From Mustelus asterias (taxonomy: Eukaryota), in contig NC_135808.1 of assembly GCF_964213995.1 (NCBI RefSeq), positions 620,001 to 684,000 on the forward strand: a stretch of 64,000 nt of DNA, written 5' to 3'. The translations under genes and the position numbers were made by a program. The notes beneath the pieces are model-generated. The model worked only from the letters and a program-made list of their open reading frames with translations. It made no database searches and was not told the origin of the DNA. This document shows positions 38,531 through 51,121 of this stretch, piece by piece; position 1 is the stretch's first letter; every line of letters begins with the position of its first letter.

Positions 38531-39342
38531 TCCTTAAAATCTGCATACATTTGTGAAGTGGGAGTTAATTATTATAGTCAAAAATTTCATGTTTAATAAA
38601 TGTTTATTTTCTGTTGTTAAAAGTTCCTGCGACTCTATTCATACACATTTTCTCAAAAAAAGTAAAAGTTACATTCTTTTGAGCCAGTATTCCAATCCAG
38701 GAACTTCCCATCCAGTATTAACAACAGGGATTGAAATTCCATGCACATACTTCCTTTTCAGATAACTTTGATTGGACCTTTTTTTTATTCATTCGTGGGA
38801 CATGGGCGTCGCTGGTTGGCCAGCATTTATTGCCCATCCCTAGTTGCCCGAGGGCAGTTGAGAGTCAAGCACATTGCTGTGGCTCTGGAGTCACATGTGG
38901 GCCAGACCGGGTAAGGATGGCAGATTTCCTTCCCTAAAGGACATTAGTGACCAGATGGGTATTTCTGGTAATCAACAATAGTCATCGGTAGATTCTTAAT
39001 TCCAGATCTTTGTTTCTCATTAAGTTCAAATTCCACTATCTGCCGTAGTGGGATTCGAACCTGGGTCCCAGAACATTAGCGGAATTTCTGGATTAATAGT
39101 CTGGCGATAATACCACTGGGCCATCGCCTCCCCTAACCTGTCTCCCATCACAATTTCAGGCAGTGCATTCCAAACCCTAACCACTCACTGTGAAAAAGTG
39201 TTCCCTCGTATCTCTATTACGCCTTTTACCAATTCCTTTAAATCTGTGCTCCCTCGTTCTCGATCCTTTTATAAGTGGGAACTGTTTCTCCCTCCCTACT
39301 CTGTCCAGACCCCTCACGATTTTGAGCATCTCTATCAAATCT

Positions 39343-39691
39343 CATAGAAACCCATAGAAACATAGAAACCCTACAGTGCAGAAGGAGGCCATTCGGCCCA
39401 TCGAGTCTGCACCGACCACAATCCCACCCAGGCCCTACCCCCACATATTTTACCCGCTAATCCCTCTAACCTATGCATCCCAGAACTCTAAGGGACAATT
39501 TTTTAACCTGGCCAATCAACCTAACCCGCACATCTTTGGACTGTGGGAGGAAACCGGAGCACCCGGAGGAAACCCACGCAGACACGAGGAGAATGTGCAA
39601 ACTCCACACAGACAGTGACCCGAGCCGGGAATCGAACCCGGGACCCTGGAGCTGTGAAGCAGCAGTGCTAACCACTGTGCTACCGTGCCGC
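39343..39691 (-). mobile_element. Intact young HE1-type SINE
   Basis: Full GGCGGCACGGTAGCACAGTGGTTAGC head through a gtttctat tail, inserted in a CR1 remnant. Confidence 0.85.
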
Positions 39692-39984
39692 CCTCTCAGC
39701 CTTCTCTTCTCCAAGGAAAAGAGTCCCAACTTCTCCAATCTACCTTCATAATTGAAGTTCCTCATCCCATAGAATCCCTATAGTGAAGGTGGCCATTCTG
39801 CCCATCGAGTCTGCATCCTACCCAGGCCCACCTCCCCCAATCTGCTGAAGCCCGTGTATTTACCATAGTCAATCTACCCAACCTACACATCTTTTGACAC
39901 AAATGGGCACTTTAGCATGGCCAACCCACCTATGGAGTGTGAGAGGAAACCGGAGGAAATCCATGCAGACACAGGGAATTCGTA

Positions 39985-40580
39985 GAATCATAGAAAAGTT
40001 ATAGCATAGAATGTAGCTATTTGACCCATCTTGTCCATGTCAGCCCAAGGACACCCACGTGCCCTTTCTAATCCCACCTTCCTGCATCCAGCCCATAGCC
40101 CTGTAGCTTTCAGCACTTAATGTGCAGATCCAGGTACTTTATAAAGGGGTTTAGGGTCTCTGCCTCCACCACCAACTCAGGCAGCAAATCCTACACACCC
40201 AGCACACTCTGCGTAAAAAAAGTTATTCCTCATGTTCCCTCTACACCTACTGCCGCTCATCTTGAATCTATGCCCCCGGTTCTAGAATTCTCCACTGAGG
40301 GAAACAGTTTCATCCTGTCGACTGTCTCTCTCCCACTCAGAATTTTGTACACTTCTATCAAGTCACCCCTCAGCCTTCCTCATCCCAAGGAAAATAACCC
40401 CAACCAATCCAATCTCTCCTCATAGCTACACATTTCTAGTCCTGGCAACATTCTTGTAAACCTTCTCGGAATTCTCTCCAGAGCAATTACTGTAATATAT
40501 AGTGACCAGAACTGCGCACAATACTCCAGTTGTGGACTCACCAGTGTTTTATACAATTCCAACATTATATCCTTTTATAT
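39985..40580 (-). mobile_element. CR1 3' fragment
   Basis: LELYKTLVSPQLEYCAQFWS. Confidence 0.8.
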
Positions 40581-40968
40581 CTCTGCCAATGAATGAGAGC
40601 GTTCTTTATGTCTTCTTTACAATTTTGTCTACTTGAACTGCTGCCAATATGTCTTTTCTTCGGAACTGCTATCAGGATCTTCTTTGCTTCTGTCAAAGCT
40701 CCCTTCAATCTCCTTTGCCTCCAGGATAACAAGCTCAGATTCTCCACCCTCACCTTGTATTAAATGCCCTCATCCCTGGAACCATTCTGCTAAATCCACT
40801 CTATACTCTCACATCCTTCCTATAAAAAAAGTGTGGTGACCAGAACTGGATGTGACAATCTGGTTGGAGCTTAAACAAAGCCTCAAGTCAGTATAACTGT
40901 TCTACTTTTGTGCTCAAAGCTCTATGAAACCCAGGATCCCATATGGTTTGATAATTACTGATTCAATA

Positions 40969-41147
40969 TGACGTGGAGATGCCAGCGTTCCACTGGGGTG
41001 GGCACAGTCTTAACAGATTTATTTGGAATCATGAGCTTTTGGAGCACTGCTCCTTCGTACTTCACCTGATGGAGTAGCACTCTGAAAGCTCGTGATTCCA
41101 AATAAAGCTGTTGGACTTTAACCTGGTGTTGTGAGATTTCTTACTGA
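40969..41147. mobile_element. Palindromic Penelope-derived element 3 (degenerate)
   Basis: Same tail and arms with deletions. Flanking direct repeat ttactgattcaatat (40955-40969, 41141-41155). Hammerhead core decayed. Confidence 0.8.
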
Positions 41148-42255
41148 TTCAATATATACAGCTGTCGTCAAAGATTTGTGCACCCGAAACCTCCTGTCCC
41201 TAACTGCGTCATCTTCACTTTGCTTAACCATGCTAAATTGCCCCTTAGTCGTCACAAAGATGTACAGGTTAGCCATGGTGGATGTGTGGGGTTACGGGGA
41301 TAGGGCAGGGGAGTGGTGGGCTTGGGTAAGATGCTCTTTTGGCGAGTCAGTGCAAACCTAATGGGTCAAATGGTCCTCCTTCTGCACTGTAGGGATTCTA
41401 GGTTTTCCAATTCAGGATCACACGGAGCCGGAGCCCATCCTGACAGACACTGGGCATGAGGATGGGATGCCAACCATAAGAGGACATACATTCACACTGA
41501 CAAACCAAAGGACCCAACCTGCATATCTTTGGACTGTTGGAGGAAACATGAGCACCCAAAGCAAACCTACATAGATACAGAGTAACATGCAAACGACACA
41601 CACACAGTCACCAAAGACCAGAATTGAACCTGGGTCTGTGAAGCTGTGAGGCAGCAGTCCTAACCACTGTGCCATGCTGCTGTTCCGTGACTCTCAAGTG
41701 CCTCCCTGAAATGGCCCAGTGACCCACTCACTTCAATAACAATAAATGCTGGCCCATCGAGCGATGCCCCCCACCCATCAATAAAGATGCAAATCAATGA
41801 TTATAAAGTGCATTCCCTGGGAAGAATTTAACCGGTTTAACACATTGGTTAACTTGCCTAGTTAAGCAGGGTTGACTGTCAATTGCTGAGATGTTGCTGC
41901 AACTAAGCTCCAATGTAACAGTAAGGAACAAAAGAAAAATGACTTCAACAAGTTCATGGAAAAACATTCAAGTTTTACATTTATTTTCAAATAATTATAC
42001 CATTCAACTAGGAACATTAATTTAGAAAAAAGGTCGCAGTTAAAAATATATTCAGCAATTCAAAACGTTCAGTAAGAGAAAATCTGCATGATATAAATAT
42101 ACAAAATATTTGCTTTCTTTAACCAACTTACAGAACAAAGTCACATCAAGAGGTCAAAGTAAAAGAAACTCACTTGTACAACTTTCAAAAAATTTACAAC
42201 CTATTACGAAAAATGAAGTTCAATACAGGCATCAAACAAAGTTCCTTCCAGTCTT

Positions 42256-44184
42256 TTAATCCACCTCCTCCACAGTTGGTCCTGTGGAATTGACATTCCC
42301 AGCCTGGGCTCGGCAAGATCCCCCAGCTGCTGCTGCTCCTCCTTGGTACAGGTTGGCAATGACGGGACGGCAGAGATTTTCCAGCTCTTTCAGCTGGTAC
42401 TCAAACTCCTCCTTCTCTGCCGTCTGATTGCTCTCCAGCCACTGGATGGCCTGGTTACACTGCTCAATGATTTTCTTCTTCTCTGCCTCACTGATCTTAT
42501 TTCTCACGCTCTCATCCTCCACCGCGCTCTTCATGTTGAAGGCATAGGACTCCAGGGAGTTCTTGGCTGCGATCCTCTGCCGCTGGACTTCATCCTGGCT
42601 TTTGTACTTTTCTGCATCCAGCACCATCCTCTCAATCTCCTCCTTGCTCAGCCTGCCCTTGTCATTGCTGATGGTGATCTGGTTTGTTTTGCCTGTGCTC
42701 TTGTCAACTGCAGAGACATTGAGGATGCCGTTGGCGTCAATATCGAAGGTGACCTCGATCTGTGGCACCCCACGGGGGGCAGGAGGGATGCCACTCAACT
42801 CAAACCTGCCCAGGAGGTTGTTGTCCTTGGTCATGGCTCTCTCTCCTTCGTACACCTGGATGAGGACACCGGGCTGGTTATCAGAGTAGGTGCTGAAGAC
42901 CTGGCTCTGCTTGGTGGGAATGGTGGTGTTACGCTTGATGAGGGCGGTCATCACCCCTCCTGCTGTCTCCAGACCCAGAGACAGGGCAGCCACGTCCAGG
43001 AGGAGCAAATCCTGAACATTCTCCGACTTATCCCCCATCAGAACAGCCGCTTGAACGGCCGCTCCAAAGGCCACGGCTTCATCAGGATTGATGCTCTTGT
43101 TCAGCTCTTTGCCGTTGAAGTAATCTTGCAGCAGTTTCTGGATCTTGGGGATGCGGGTGGAGCCCCCGACCAAGACAACATCTTGGATCTGTGATTTGTC
43201 CATCTTGGCGTCTCGCAGAGCTTTCTCCACTGGTTCCAGAGTGCCTCTGAACAGGTCAGAATTCAGCTCCTCAAACCGAGCCCTGGTGATGGAGGTGTAG
43301 AAATCTATGCCTTCAAACAGAGAGTCAATCTCAATACTGGCCTGGGTGCTGGAGGACAGGGTTCTCTTTGCTCTCTCGCAGGCTGTCCTCAGTCTCCTGA
43401 CCGCCCTCTTGTTCTGACTGATGTCCTTCTTGTATTTGCGCTTGAACTCCTCAATGAAGTGATTGACCATACGGTTATCAAAGTCCTCTCCTCCCAAGTG
43501 GGTGTCACCCGCTGTCGATTTCACTTCAAAGATACCATCGTCAATGGAGAGAACAGAAACGTCGAAGGTGCCACCTCCCAAGTCAAAGATGAGAACATTG
43601 TGTTCCCCTCTGCCCTTCTTGTCTAGGCCGTAGGCAATGGCAGCTGCTGTTGGCTCATTGATGACACGGAGGACATTGAGACCAGCGATCACACCGGCAT
43701 CCTTGGTTGCCTGGCGCTGGGAGTCATTGAAGTAAGCAGGAACCGTGATGACAGCATTGGTGACAGTGTGTCCCAGGTAAGATTCAGCCGTCTCCTTCAT
43801 CTTGGCCAGCACCATGGAGGAGATTTCCTCGGGGGAAAAGATTTTATCCTCCCCCTTGTACTCGACCTTCACCTTGGGCTTCCCTGCATCATTCACCACC
43901 TGGAAAGGCCAGTGTTTCATGTCGGATTGGACCACCGCATCATCAAACCTCCTCCCGATGAGCCTCTTGGCATCAAAGATGGTGTTGGGCGGGTTCAGAG
44001 CCACCTGGTTCTTGGCAGCATCTCCAGTGAGCCTCTCGGTGTCGTTGAAGGCCACATAGCTGGGAGTGGTGCGGTTGCCCTGGTCATTGGCGATGATCTC
44101 CACCTTGCCATGCTGGAAGACCCCCACACAGGAGTAGGTGGTGCCCAGGTCGATGCCAATGGCTGTTCCTTTGGCTGCAGGCAT
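42256..44184 (-). CDS. hsp70: Cytosolic HSP70 copy 3, 642 aa, uninterrupted CDS, likely the heat-inducible paralog
   Basis: Complete [22 protein letters not shown]...[10 protein letters not shown]-rich 3' UTR with AATAAA (minus) at 41980-41985. Confidence 0.97.
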   Translation of the reverse strand: MPAAKGTAIGIDLGTTYSCVGVFQHGKVEIIANDQGNRTTPSYVAFNDTERLTGDAAKNQVALNPPNTIFDAKRLIGRRFDDAVVQSDMKHWPFQVVNDAGKPKVKVEYKGEDKIFSPEEISSMVLAKMKETAESYLGHTVTNAVITVPAYFNDSQRQATKDAGVIAGLNVLRVINEPTAAAIAYGLDKKGRGEHNVLIFDLGGGTFDVSVLSIDDGIFEVKSTAGDTHLGGEDFDNRMVNHFIEEFKRKYKKDISQNKRAVRRLRTACERAKRTLSSSTQASIEIDSLFEGIDFYTSITRARFEELNSDLFRGTLEPVEKALRDAKMDKSQIQDVVLVGGSTRIPKIQKLLQDYFNGKELNKSINPDEAVAFGAAVQAAVLMGDKSENVQDLLLLDVAALSLGLETAGGVMTALIKRNTTIPTKQSQVFSTYSDNQPGVLIQVYEGERAMTKDNNLLGRFELSGIPPAPRGVPQIEVTFDIDANGILNVSAVDKSTGKTNQITISNDKGRLSKEEIERMVLDAEKYKSQDEVQRQRIAAKNSLESYAFNMKSAVEDESVRNKISEAEKKKIIEQCNQAIQWLESNQTAEKEEFEYQLKELENLCRPVIANLYQGGAAAAGGSCRAQAGNVNSTGPTVEEVD

Positions 44185-44309
44185 GTTGATTGTGGGTCAA
44201 AGTGGATGAGATGGAGTCTTTGTCGCTGCTGCTGTGCAGTGTTGCTGTGGCAGTGATCCAGTCACTCGGCGCTGTCTCTTCTCCCAGGCGATTGTGAGCC
44301 TCTGAGTTG

Positions 44310-44545
44310 CCGCCCCTTTATATAGTGTGAGAGCGGCCGAGTGGGCGGCGCCCGGCGGCTGATTGACGGCGGCGCGGACCAATGGGAGCGCGGGGCGGTG
44401 AGGTCACCGCCGAATGTTGTGGAAGGTTCGGAGGCGGCGGCCAATCAGAGCGCGGCGCGCGGGCTGGAGGGCGGCGGTTGGAGAGAGTTCTGGAAGGAGC
44501 GAGTCCGGGACAGAAAGTTCTGGAAAGAGGGAGAAAGTTCCCGCT
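44310..44545 (-). promoter_or_regulatory. HSP70 copy 3 heat-shock promoter
   Basis: TATATAAA (minus) 44317-44324, CCAAT at 44379 and 44441. HSE arrays cGAAt-gTTGt-gGAAg-gTTCg (44411-44430), aGAGa-gTTCt-gGAAg (44482-44496) and aGAAa-gTTCt-gGAAa-n5-aGAAa-gTTCc (44512-44541). Confidence 0.9.
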
Positions 44546-44789
44546 CCCTCCCTGTCCCGGGAGGCGGCCACAGCAATGGACTGTGATCAGCTCGGAGCCG
44601 GCTGGAGGCGGCAAGGAGGAGCAGAGCAAAGAGGAGATTGTTGCTCAGCACCCAGTGAGGGGGATGGGATACCAACCCTCCCGGACTGGCCCGGGAGCCT
44701 CCCCCAATCCGGGAGGAATCCTGTCTCAGGAATGGACTCTGATCAGCTGGAGGGAGGAAATGAAGTGAGAATCTATTGGGGGAAGGAGG

Positions 44790-45108
44790 AGGGCGGCACG
44801 GTAGCACAGTGGTTAGCACTGCTGCTTCACAGCTCCAGGGGCCTGGGTTCGATTCCCGGCTTGGGTCACTGTCTGTGTGGAGTCTGCACATTCTCCTCGT
44901 GTCTGCATGGGTTTCCTCCCACAGTCCACAGATGTGCGGGTTAGCTTGATTGGCCATGGTAAAATTGCCCCTTAGTGTCCTGGGATGCATAGATTAGTGG
45001 GTAAAATATTTAGGGATATGGGGGTAGGGCCTGGGTGGGATTGTGGTCGGTGCAGACTCGATGGGCTGAATGGCCTCTTTCTGTACTGTTGGGTTTCTAT
45101 GATTTCTA
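44790..45108 (+). mobile_element. HE1-type SINE
   Basis: Full head and tail. Confidence 0.8.
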
Positions 45109-45311
45109 TTCCTCGGAGTGTCAGCTTCTGGAACTGGGCAGCTCTTTACTTCCCACCAGGAGAAAATTCAGTCCCAATCCAATCATTGATTTATTTTACA
45201 CCTTTATCCGTTTCACAACCATGGAGCATCTTCGGATTCATTCCCCATCCGCCCTCCAGTGAAGATCAGCTCACCCCAAACTCTCACTGCCCGTGTCCTA
45301 ACCCACACCAA

Positions 45312-48170
45312 GCAATCTCTGGACTGCTCCTGGTACCGAGTGCTAGTGAGGCCAGGAACAGGGAGATTCTACAATTGAACACATGGCTAAAGGACTGGTG
45401 CAAGAGGGAGGGTTTCAAATTCATAGATCATTGGGAAGTCTTCAAGAGAGGATGGCACCTGTACGGAAAGGATGGGTTACACCTTAACTGGAAGGGCACA
45501 AATATCCTGGCTGGGAGTTTTGCTCGAGTGTTTCGACAGGGTTTAAACTAGTGTGGCAGGGGGGTGGGGATCAAAACAGTAGGTCAGTAAGTACTGAGGC
45601 TGGGGTCGAGCTGGGGGCCAGGGCAAGGTTAGCTAAGAAGAAGAGCATTCTGGAGCAGGATGACCTGAGTGGGCCTGGAGGTCTGGAGTGCATCTGCTTC
45701 AATGCGAGGAGCGTAACGGGCAAGACAGACGAACTTAGGGCCTTAATGCTTACGCGGAATTTGGATGTGGTTGCAGTGACGGAGACATGGTTAAAAGGAC
45801 AGGACTGGCAGCTGAATATTCCGGGGTATAAGTGTTTTAGGCGAGACAGAGGAGGGGCTAAAAAAGGTGGGGGAGTAGCGATATTAGTTAGGGAGCATAT
45901 TACAGCGGTGCAGAGGGTGGACAATTTAGAGGGGTCATGTAATGAGTTGCTGTGGGTGGAGCTCAAACAGGAAAGGTGCAATCGCTATGCTGGGGGTATA
46001 CTACAGGCCACCCAACAGCCCACGGGAAGTGGAGGAACGGATATGTCAGGAGATTCTGGATATGCGCAGAAAAAATAGGGTTGTTGTAGTGGGAGACTTC
46101 AATTTCCCTGGTATAGACTTGAAAGTGCTTAGGGCTGAGGGTCTGGATGGGGAGGAATTTGTAAAATGCGTACTGGAAGGTTCTTTGGAACAGTATGTAG
46201 ATAGCCCAACTGGAGAGGGGGCTATACTGGATCTAGTTCTGGGAAATGAGCCCGGTCAGATCATCAAAGTTTCAGTTGGGGAATATGTGGCAAATAGTGA
46301 CCACAACTCTGTTAACTTTAGATAGTAATGGACAAGGGCGAGTGTTGTCCTAAGGGTAGGGTGCTAAATTGGGGGAAGGCTAACTATAGCCGGATTAGGC
46401 AGGAATTGGTGGCCGTTGATTGGGAGAGGCTATTTGGGGGTAAGTCCACATCTGGCATATGGGAGTCTTTTAAGGAACAGTTGATAAGGCTGCAGGACAG
46501 GCATGTAGCTGTAAAAAGGAAGGATAGGAAAGGTAGGATTCGAGAGCCATGGATAACCAGGGAAATTGAGGATCTGATCAAAAAGAAAAGAGAGGCGTAC
46601 GTTAGGTCCAGGCAACTGAAAACAGATGCAGCTCTGGAGGAATACAGAGAGAGTAGGAAAGAACTCAAACAGGGAGTTAGAAGGGCAAAAAGAGGTCACG
46701 AAATGTTCTTGGCAGACAGGATTAAGGAGAATCGTAAGGCATTTTATTCATATGTTAGGAACAAAAGAGTTGTCAGGGAAAAAGTTGGGCCTCTCAGGGA
46801 CACAGGAGGGGAATTATGCTTAGAACCCAAGGGAATAGGGGAGATCCTAAATGAGTACTTTGCATTGGTATTCACCAAGGAGAGGGACTTGTTGACTGGG
46901 AGTGTCTCAGAGGGAGGTGTTGACCTGTGAGAGAGAATCTCCATTACAAGGGAGGAAGTGTTAGGTTTTTTTTAGGTAACATTAAAACTGAAATCCCCAG
47001 GGCCTGATGGCATCTATCCTAGACTGCTCAGGGAGACAAGAGATGTAATTGCTGGGCCTCTGACGGAAATCTTTGTCTCTTCATTGGACACAGGTGAGGT
47101 CCCTGAGGATTGGAGGATAGCGAATGTGGTACCGTCATTTAAGAAGGGTAGCAGGGATAACCCGGGAAAATATAGGCCAGTGAGCTTGACGTCCATGGTA
47201 GGGAAGTTGTTGGAGAGGATTCTTAGAGACAGGATGTATGCACATTTAGAACGGAACAATCTCATTAGTGACAGACAGCATGGTTTTGTAAGAGGGAGGT
47301 CGTGCCTTACAAATTTGGTGGAGTTTTTTGAGGAAGTGACAAAAACAGTTGACAAAGGGAGGGCCGTGGATGTCGTCTATATGGATTTCAGTAAGGCATT
47401 TGACAAAGTCCCACATGGCAGGTTGGTTAAGAAGGTCAAGACTCATGGGATACAAGGAGAGGTAGCTAGATGGGTAGAAAACTGGCTTGGCCACAGGAGA
47501 CAGAGGGTAGCAGTCGAAGGGTCTTTTTCTGGCTGGAGGTCTGTGACCAGTGGTGTTCCACAGGGCTCTGTACTGGGACCTCTGCTATTTGTGATATATA
47601 GAAATGATTTGGAAGAAGGTGTAACTGGTGTTATCAGCAAGTTTGCGGATGACATGAAGATGGCTGGACTTGCGGATAGCGATGAACATTGTCGGACAAT
47701 ACAGCAGGATATAAATAGGCTGGAAAATTGGGTGGAGAAATGGCAAATGGAATTTAATCCAGATAAATGCAAAATGATGCATTTTGGAAGAACTAATGTA
47801 GGGGGGAGTTATACAATAAATGGCAGAGCCATCAAGAGTATAGAAACACAGAGGGACCTAGGTGTGCAAGTGGGAAGCTTTTTCCCAGGTCGGAGGTGAC
47901 GATCACGCGGGGTCACGGTGAGAGGGGCGAGGTACAACTCAGATATCAGAGGGACTTTTTTTTACACAGAGAGTGGTGGGGGCCTGGAATGCGCTGCCAA
48001 GTAGGGTGGTGGAGGCAGACACGCTGGCATCGTTTAAGACTTACCTGGATAGTCACATGAGCAGTCTGGGAATGTTGGGGTACAAACGAATGGTCTAGTT
48101 GGACCAATGAGCAGCACAGGCTTGGAGGGCCGAAGGGCCTGTTTCCTGTGATGTACTGTTCTTTGTTCTT
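45312..48170 (+). mobile_element. CR1 LINE with ORF1 C-terminus (SGNH esterase-like) and disrupted ORF2
   Basis: FIDHW...KDGLHLN ORF1 motif, then FNARSV, VTETWL, GDFN, FADD. Internal deletion near 47870. Confidence 0.93.
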
Positions 48171-48280
48171 AAGTCCCGTTCACCCATCACCGCCCTCCCC
48201 CAGGCTCACCAACCCATACTGGCTCCCGCTCCAGCAACGCCTCGATTTTAAAATTCTCATCCTTGTGACATGTCTCACCG

Positions 48281-48509
48281 AGTAACAACCGGGTCTGGAA
48301 AGTTTCACTTTTTAACCCTCACCGTGCTGACGCTGGTTAATCCCAGTAACAACTGAGTCTGAGACGCTTCACTTCCTACCCTCACCGTGCTGACGCTGGT
48401 TAATCCCAGTAACAACTGAGTCTGAGACGCTTCACTTCCTACCCTCACCGTGCTGACGCTGGTTAATCCCAGTAACAACTGGGCCGGGAAATATCCACTT
48501 CCTACCCTC
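48281..48509. repeat. 63-bp minisatellite, about 3.6 copies
   Basis: accctc recurs at 48315, 48378, 48441 and 48504. The central units are identical. Confidence 0.92.
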
Positions 48510-50900
48510 CAGGCAGGTTGTTGGGGTTTATTGATGCCACCATTTAGCTACCGTAAAGCACAGATTGTGAATGGTCATGGGTTAAACTCTCAGCATTGGA
48601 GAGAAATCTTTTCCTATTTCATCTCTCTGCCTGTATCTACGTGTAACTCTATAATTTTTTCGCACATCTTCACACACACACAGTTTTTCCTTTGGTGAAG
48701 TGGTGGAAGCATTCCTGAGCTAATTATCAGCACACTATCAATGCTACTTCTGTGGCCAACAAATCCTGATGTTGGGTTTGAACTTGGAGCTTCTGGTCCA
48801 GAGGTAGCGATGGTAACACTGTGCCACAAGACCTCATAGAATCATACAATCCCTGCAGTGCAGAAGGAGGCCATTTGGCCCATCGAGCCTGCCCCAACAA
48901 TCCCACCCAGGCCCTATCCCCATAAACACATGTATTTACCCTGCTAATCTGCTTGACACCAAGGGGCAATTTAGCATGGCCAATTCACCTAACCTGCACA
49001 TCTTTGGACACAAAAGGAGGCAATTTAGCATGGCCAATTAACCGAACTTGTACATTTTTGGACACTAAGGGGGCAAGTTAGCTTGGCCAATTCACCTAAC
49101 CTGCACATCTTTGGACTGTAGGAGGAAACCCACACAGATACAGGGAGAATGTGCAAACTGCACAGTCACTCAAAGCTGGAATTAAACCCAGTCCCCTGGC
49201 GCTGTGAAGCAGCAGTGCTCACCACTGTGCCACCCTTATTACATGACATGTGTACACACGATGCAAATGAGGAACTTTGCAGACAAATGCATCTGTTATT
49301 CATGTACAACTGATTCTATTTCCAGTTTCATACTCACGGAAGACTCGTAGGCAAGTTGAGGTGTGAAATAATCATTGAAGGGAAGTCCACAAGCCCAAGA
49401 TTAAGTGATGCTTAGTCATAAACCAGCACAGGTAATACCAGGCCCAATAATAATTTGCTGATGAGTTCACCATGTTGCTCAAATATAAATGGGCTGTGGT
49501 CTAACAGCAATGTTAATATGAATGACAACATGTCCAGGATGTAAATGGACCCTCTGGTTTGTTGGAGCCTCCCAGTTGCAGTTCAGTAAAGGAGACATGA
49601 ATTCTGCTTCTTCATAAACTACCTTTATTTCTTTGATCCAACTCCACATACAATTCTCCACCAATACCCAGTGCCACCTGTGGCCCCTTTATATATCAGT
49701 GACTTGTACTGAGCAATTGACATCAAATTAGGACTTAATTGGAAGGTCTGTTAACCCATTCCTAACATGGTTTGCCATTCTGTTCTGTTTCCCAGCACTG
49801 AAGTGCAAATATGGGATGGGAACTGACCTTTTCTCAGTCCGCCTTGCCCATTCCACAGGCCGCATAGATTCAATATTTAACCCCACTGATTTGAAACAGA
49901 ATTGAACCAATTATGGGCTAATAATATGGAATACCTCCTCAGTTAAATCGGGATAGCGTAGAATAGGATTTCACAGCACGGCATGGCTATTCTCACTTCA
50001 AATAATTCCAAAATGTCGGCATTACTTTTCAATGTCATTGGGGAAATGAAATAACTTTCATGTAAACAGCCCCTTTCACAACCTCAGGGTATACAATACT
50101 GCTTTACAATCAATGTTATACATTTGGAATGTGGTTCTCCTAATATTTGGAAAGTCAGCAGCGAGTTTGCACTTAAAGAATAATGAGATAAAAATCAGGC
50201 CGTTTGTTTTTAGTTTTAAGGACGAATGAATATTGTTCAGGCTGGCAGGAGAGCTCCCATCTTCTTTCACCTTGTGTCATTGGATCCTCTGTCAGCCATG
50301 ATCATATTGAATGTCAGAGCAAGCTTTAGGGCTGAGTGGCCGACTCCTGCTCCTAATTCGTAAGGTCAGATCCACTCCAGAGGGAGAACGGATCTTGATT
50401 TAAGCTCACACCCAAAGGTGGCTCCCCTGACAGTATCCGCCTGAATTATATGTTCAATTTTCTTTGCCAACACTTGCAGTTTGTATTTGTTTCCCCGCAA
50501 CTGCTTTCCAAATTATAAACAAATTCTTTTGGATAGAGTTATTTTTGTTAAAAGTAACTTTGTGAACAAGAAATCAGAATGTTTCCATGTTTCTTTTAAA
50601 TTAAAATTGTCCCCCCAAAACCTAATTTTACTCCAGTCAGAATAGTTATGGAGGGAGACCACTTGGTTCTTTGAGTCATAATGATTCTCTGCAGGACGAA
50701 TTTAGCTAACCCCACTCTCCTGCCCTTTCCCTGGAGCCTTGTACAATTCCCAGAATTGATCTTTTCAGGTTAAGCATTCCAGATCATAATCACTCGCTGC
50801 CTCATAGTTTTTCCTCATGTTCGTAGTGGTGCTTTTACCATTCAGCTTCCTGATAGAGAATCCTTAAAGGCAGGAGGACATTTGGTCCATCTAGTCTGCA

Positions 50901-51121
50901 TCCGGGTCCTGGCACTGTGAGGCAACAGTGCTAGGCACTGTGTCACCGTGCCACACATTTAAGCACAAGACACTGATATTGGATTTTACCTTCTCACCCT
51001 CCATCTGTTCTTTAAATTCAACCATACTGTGATCGCTCCTTCTGAGAGGATCCCGAACTATGAGATCATTAAACCCATGTCCCCAGAGCAAAAGCCGGGG
51101 TCTCTGGTTCTCTGGTCCAGT
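50901..51121. repeat. ~220-bp direct duplicate of 53561-53781
   Basis: Near-identical sequence including the same SINE/CR1 junction. Confidence 0.88.

Noticed and set aside
39620-39691. tRNA-like sequences with A and B boxes (many copies)
   Set aside because: They are SINE heads continuing into SINE bodies, not tRNA genes.
48281-48509. CRISPR-like periodic repeat
   Set aside because: Units are contiguous with no unique spacers, no cas genes are present, and the context is vertebrate.
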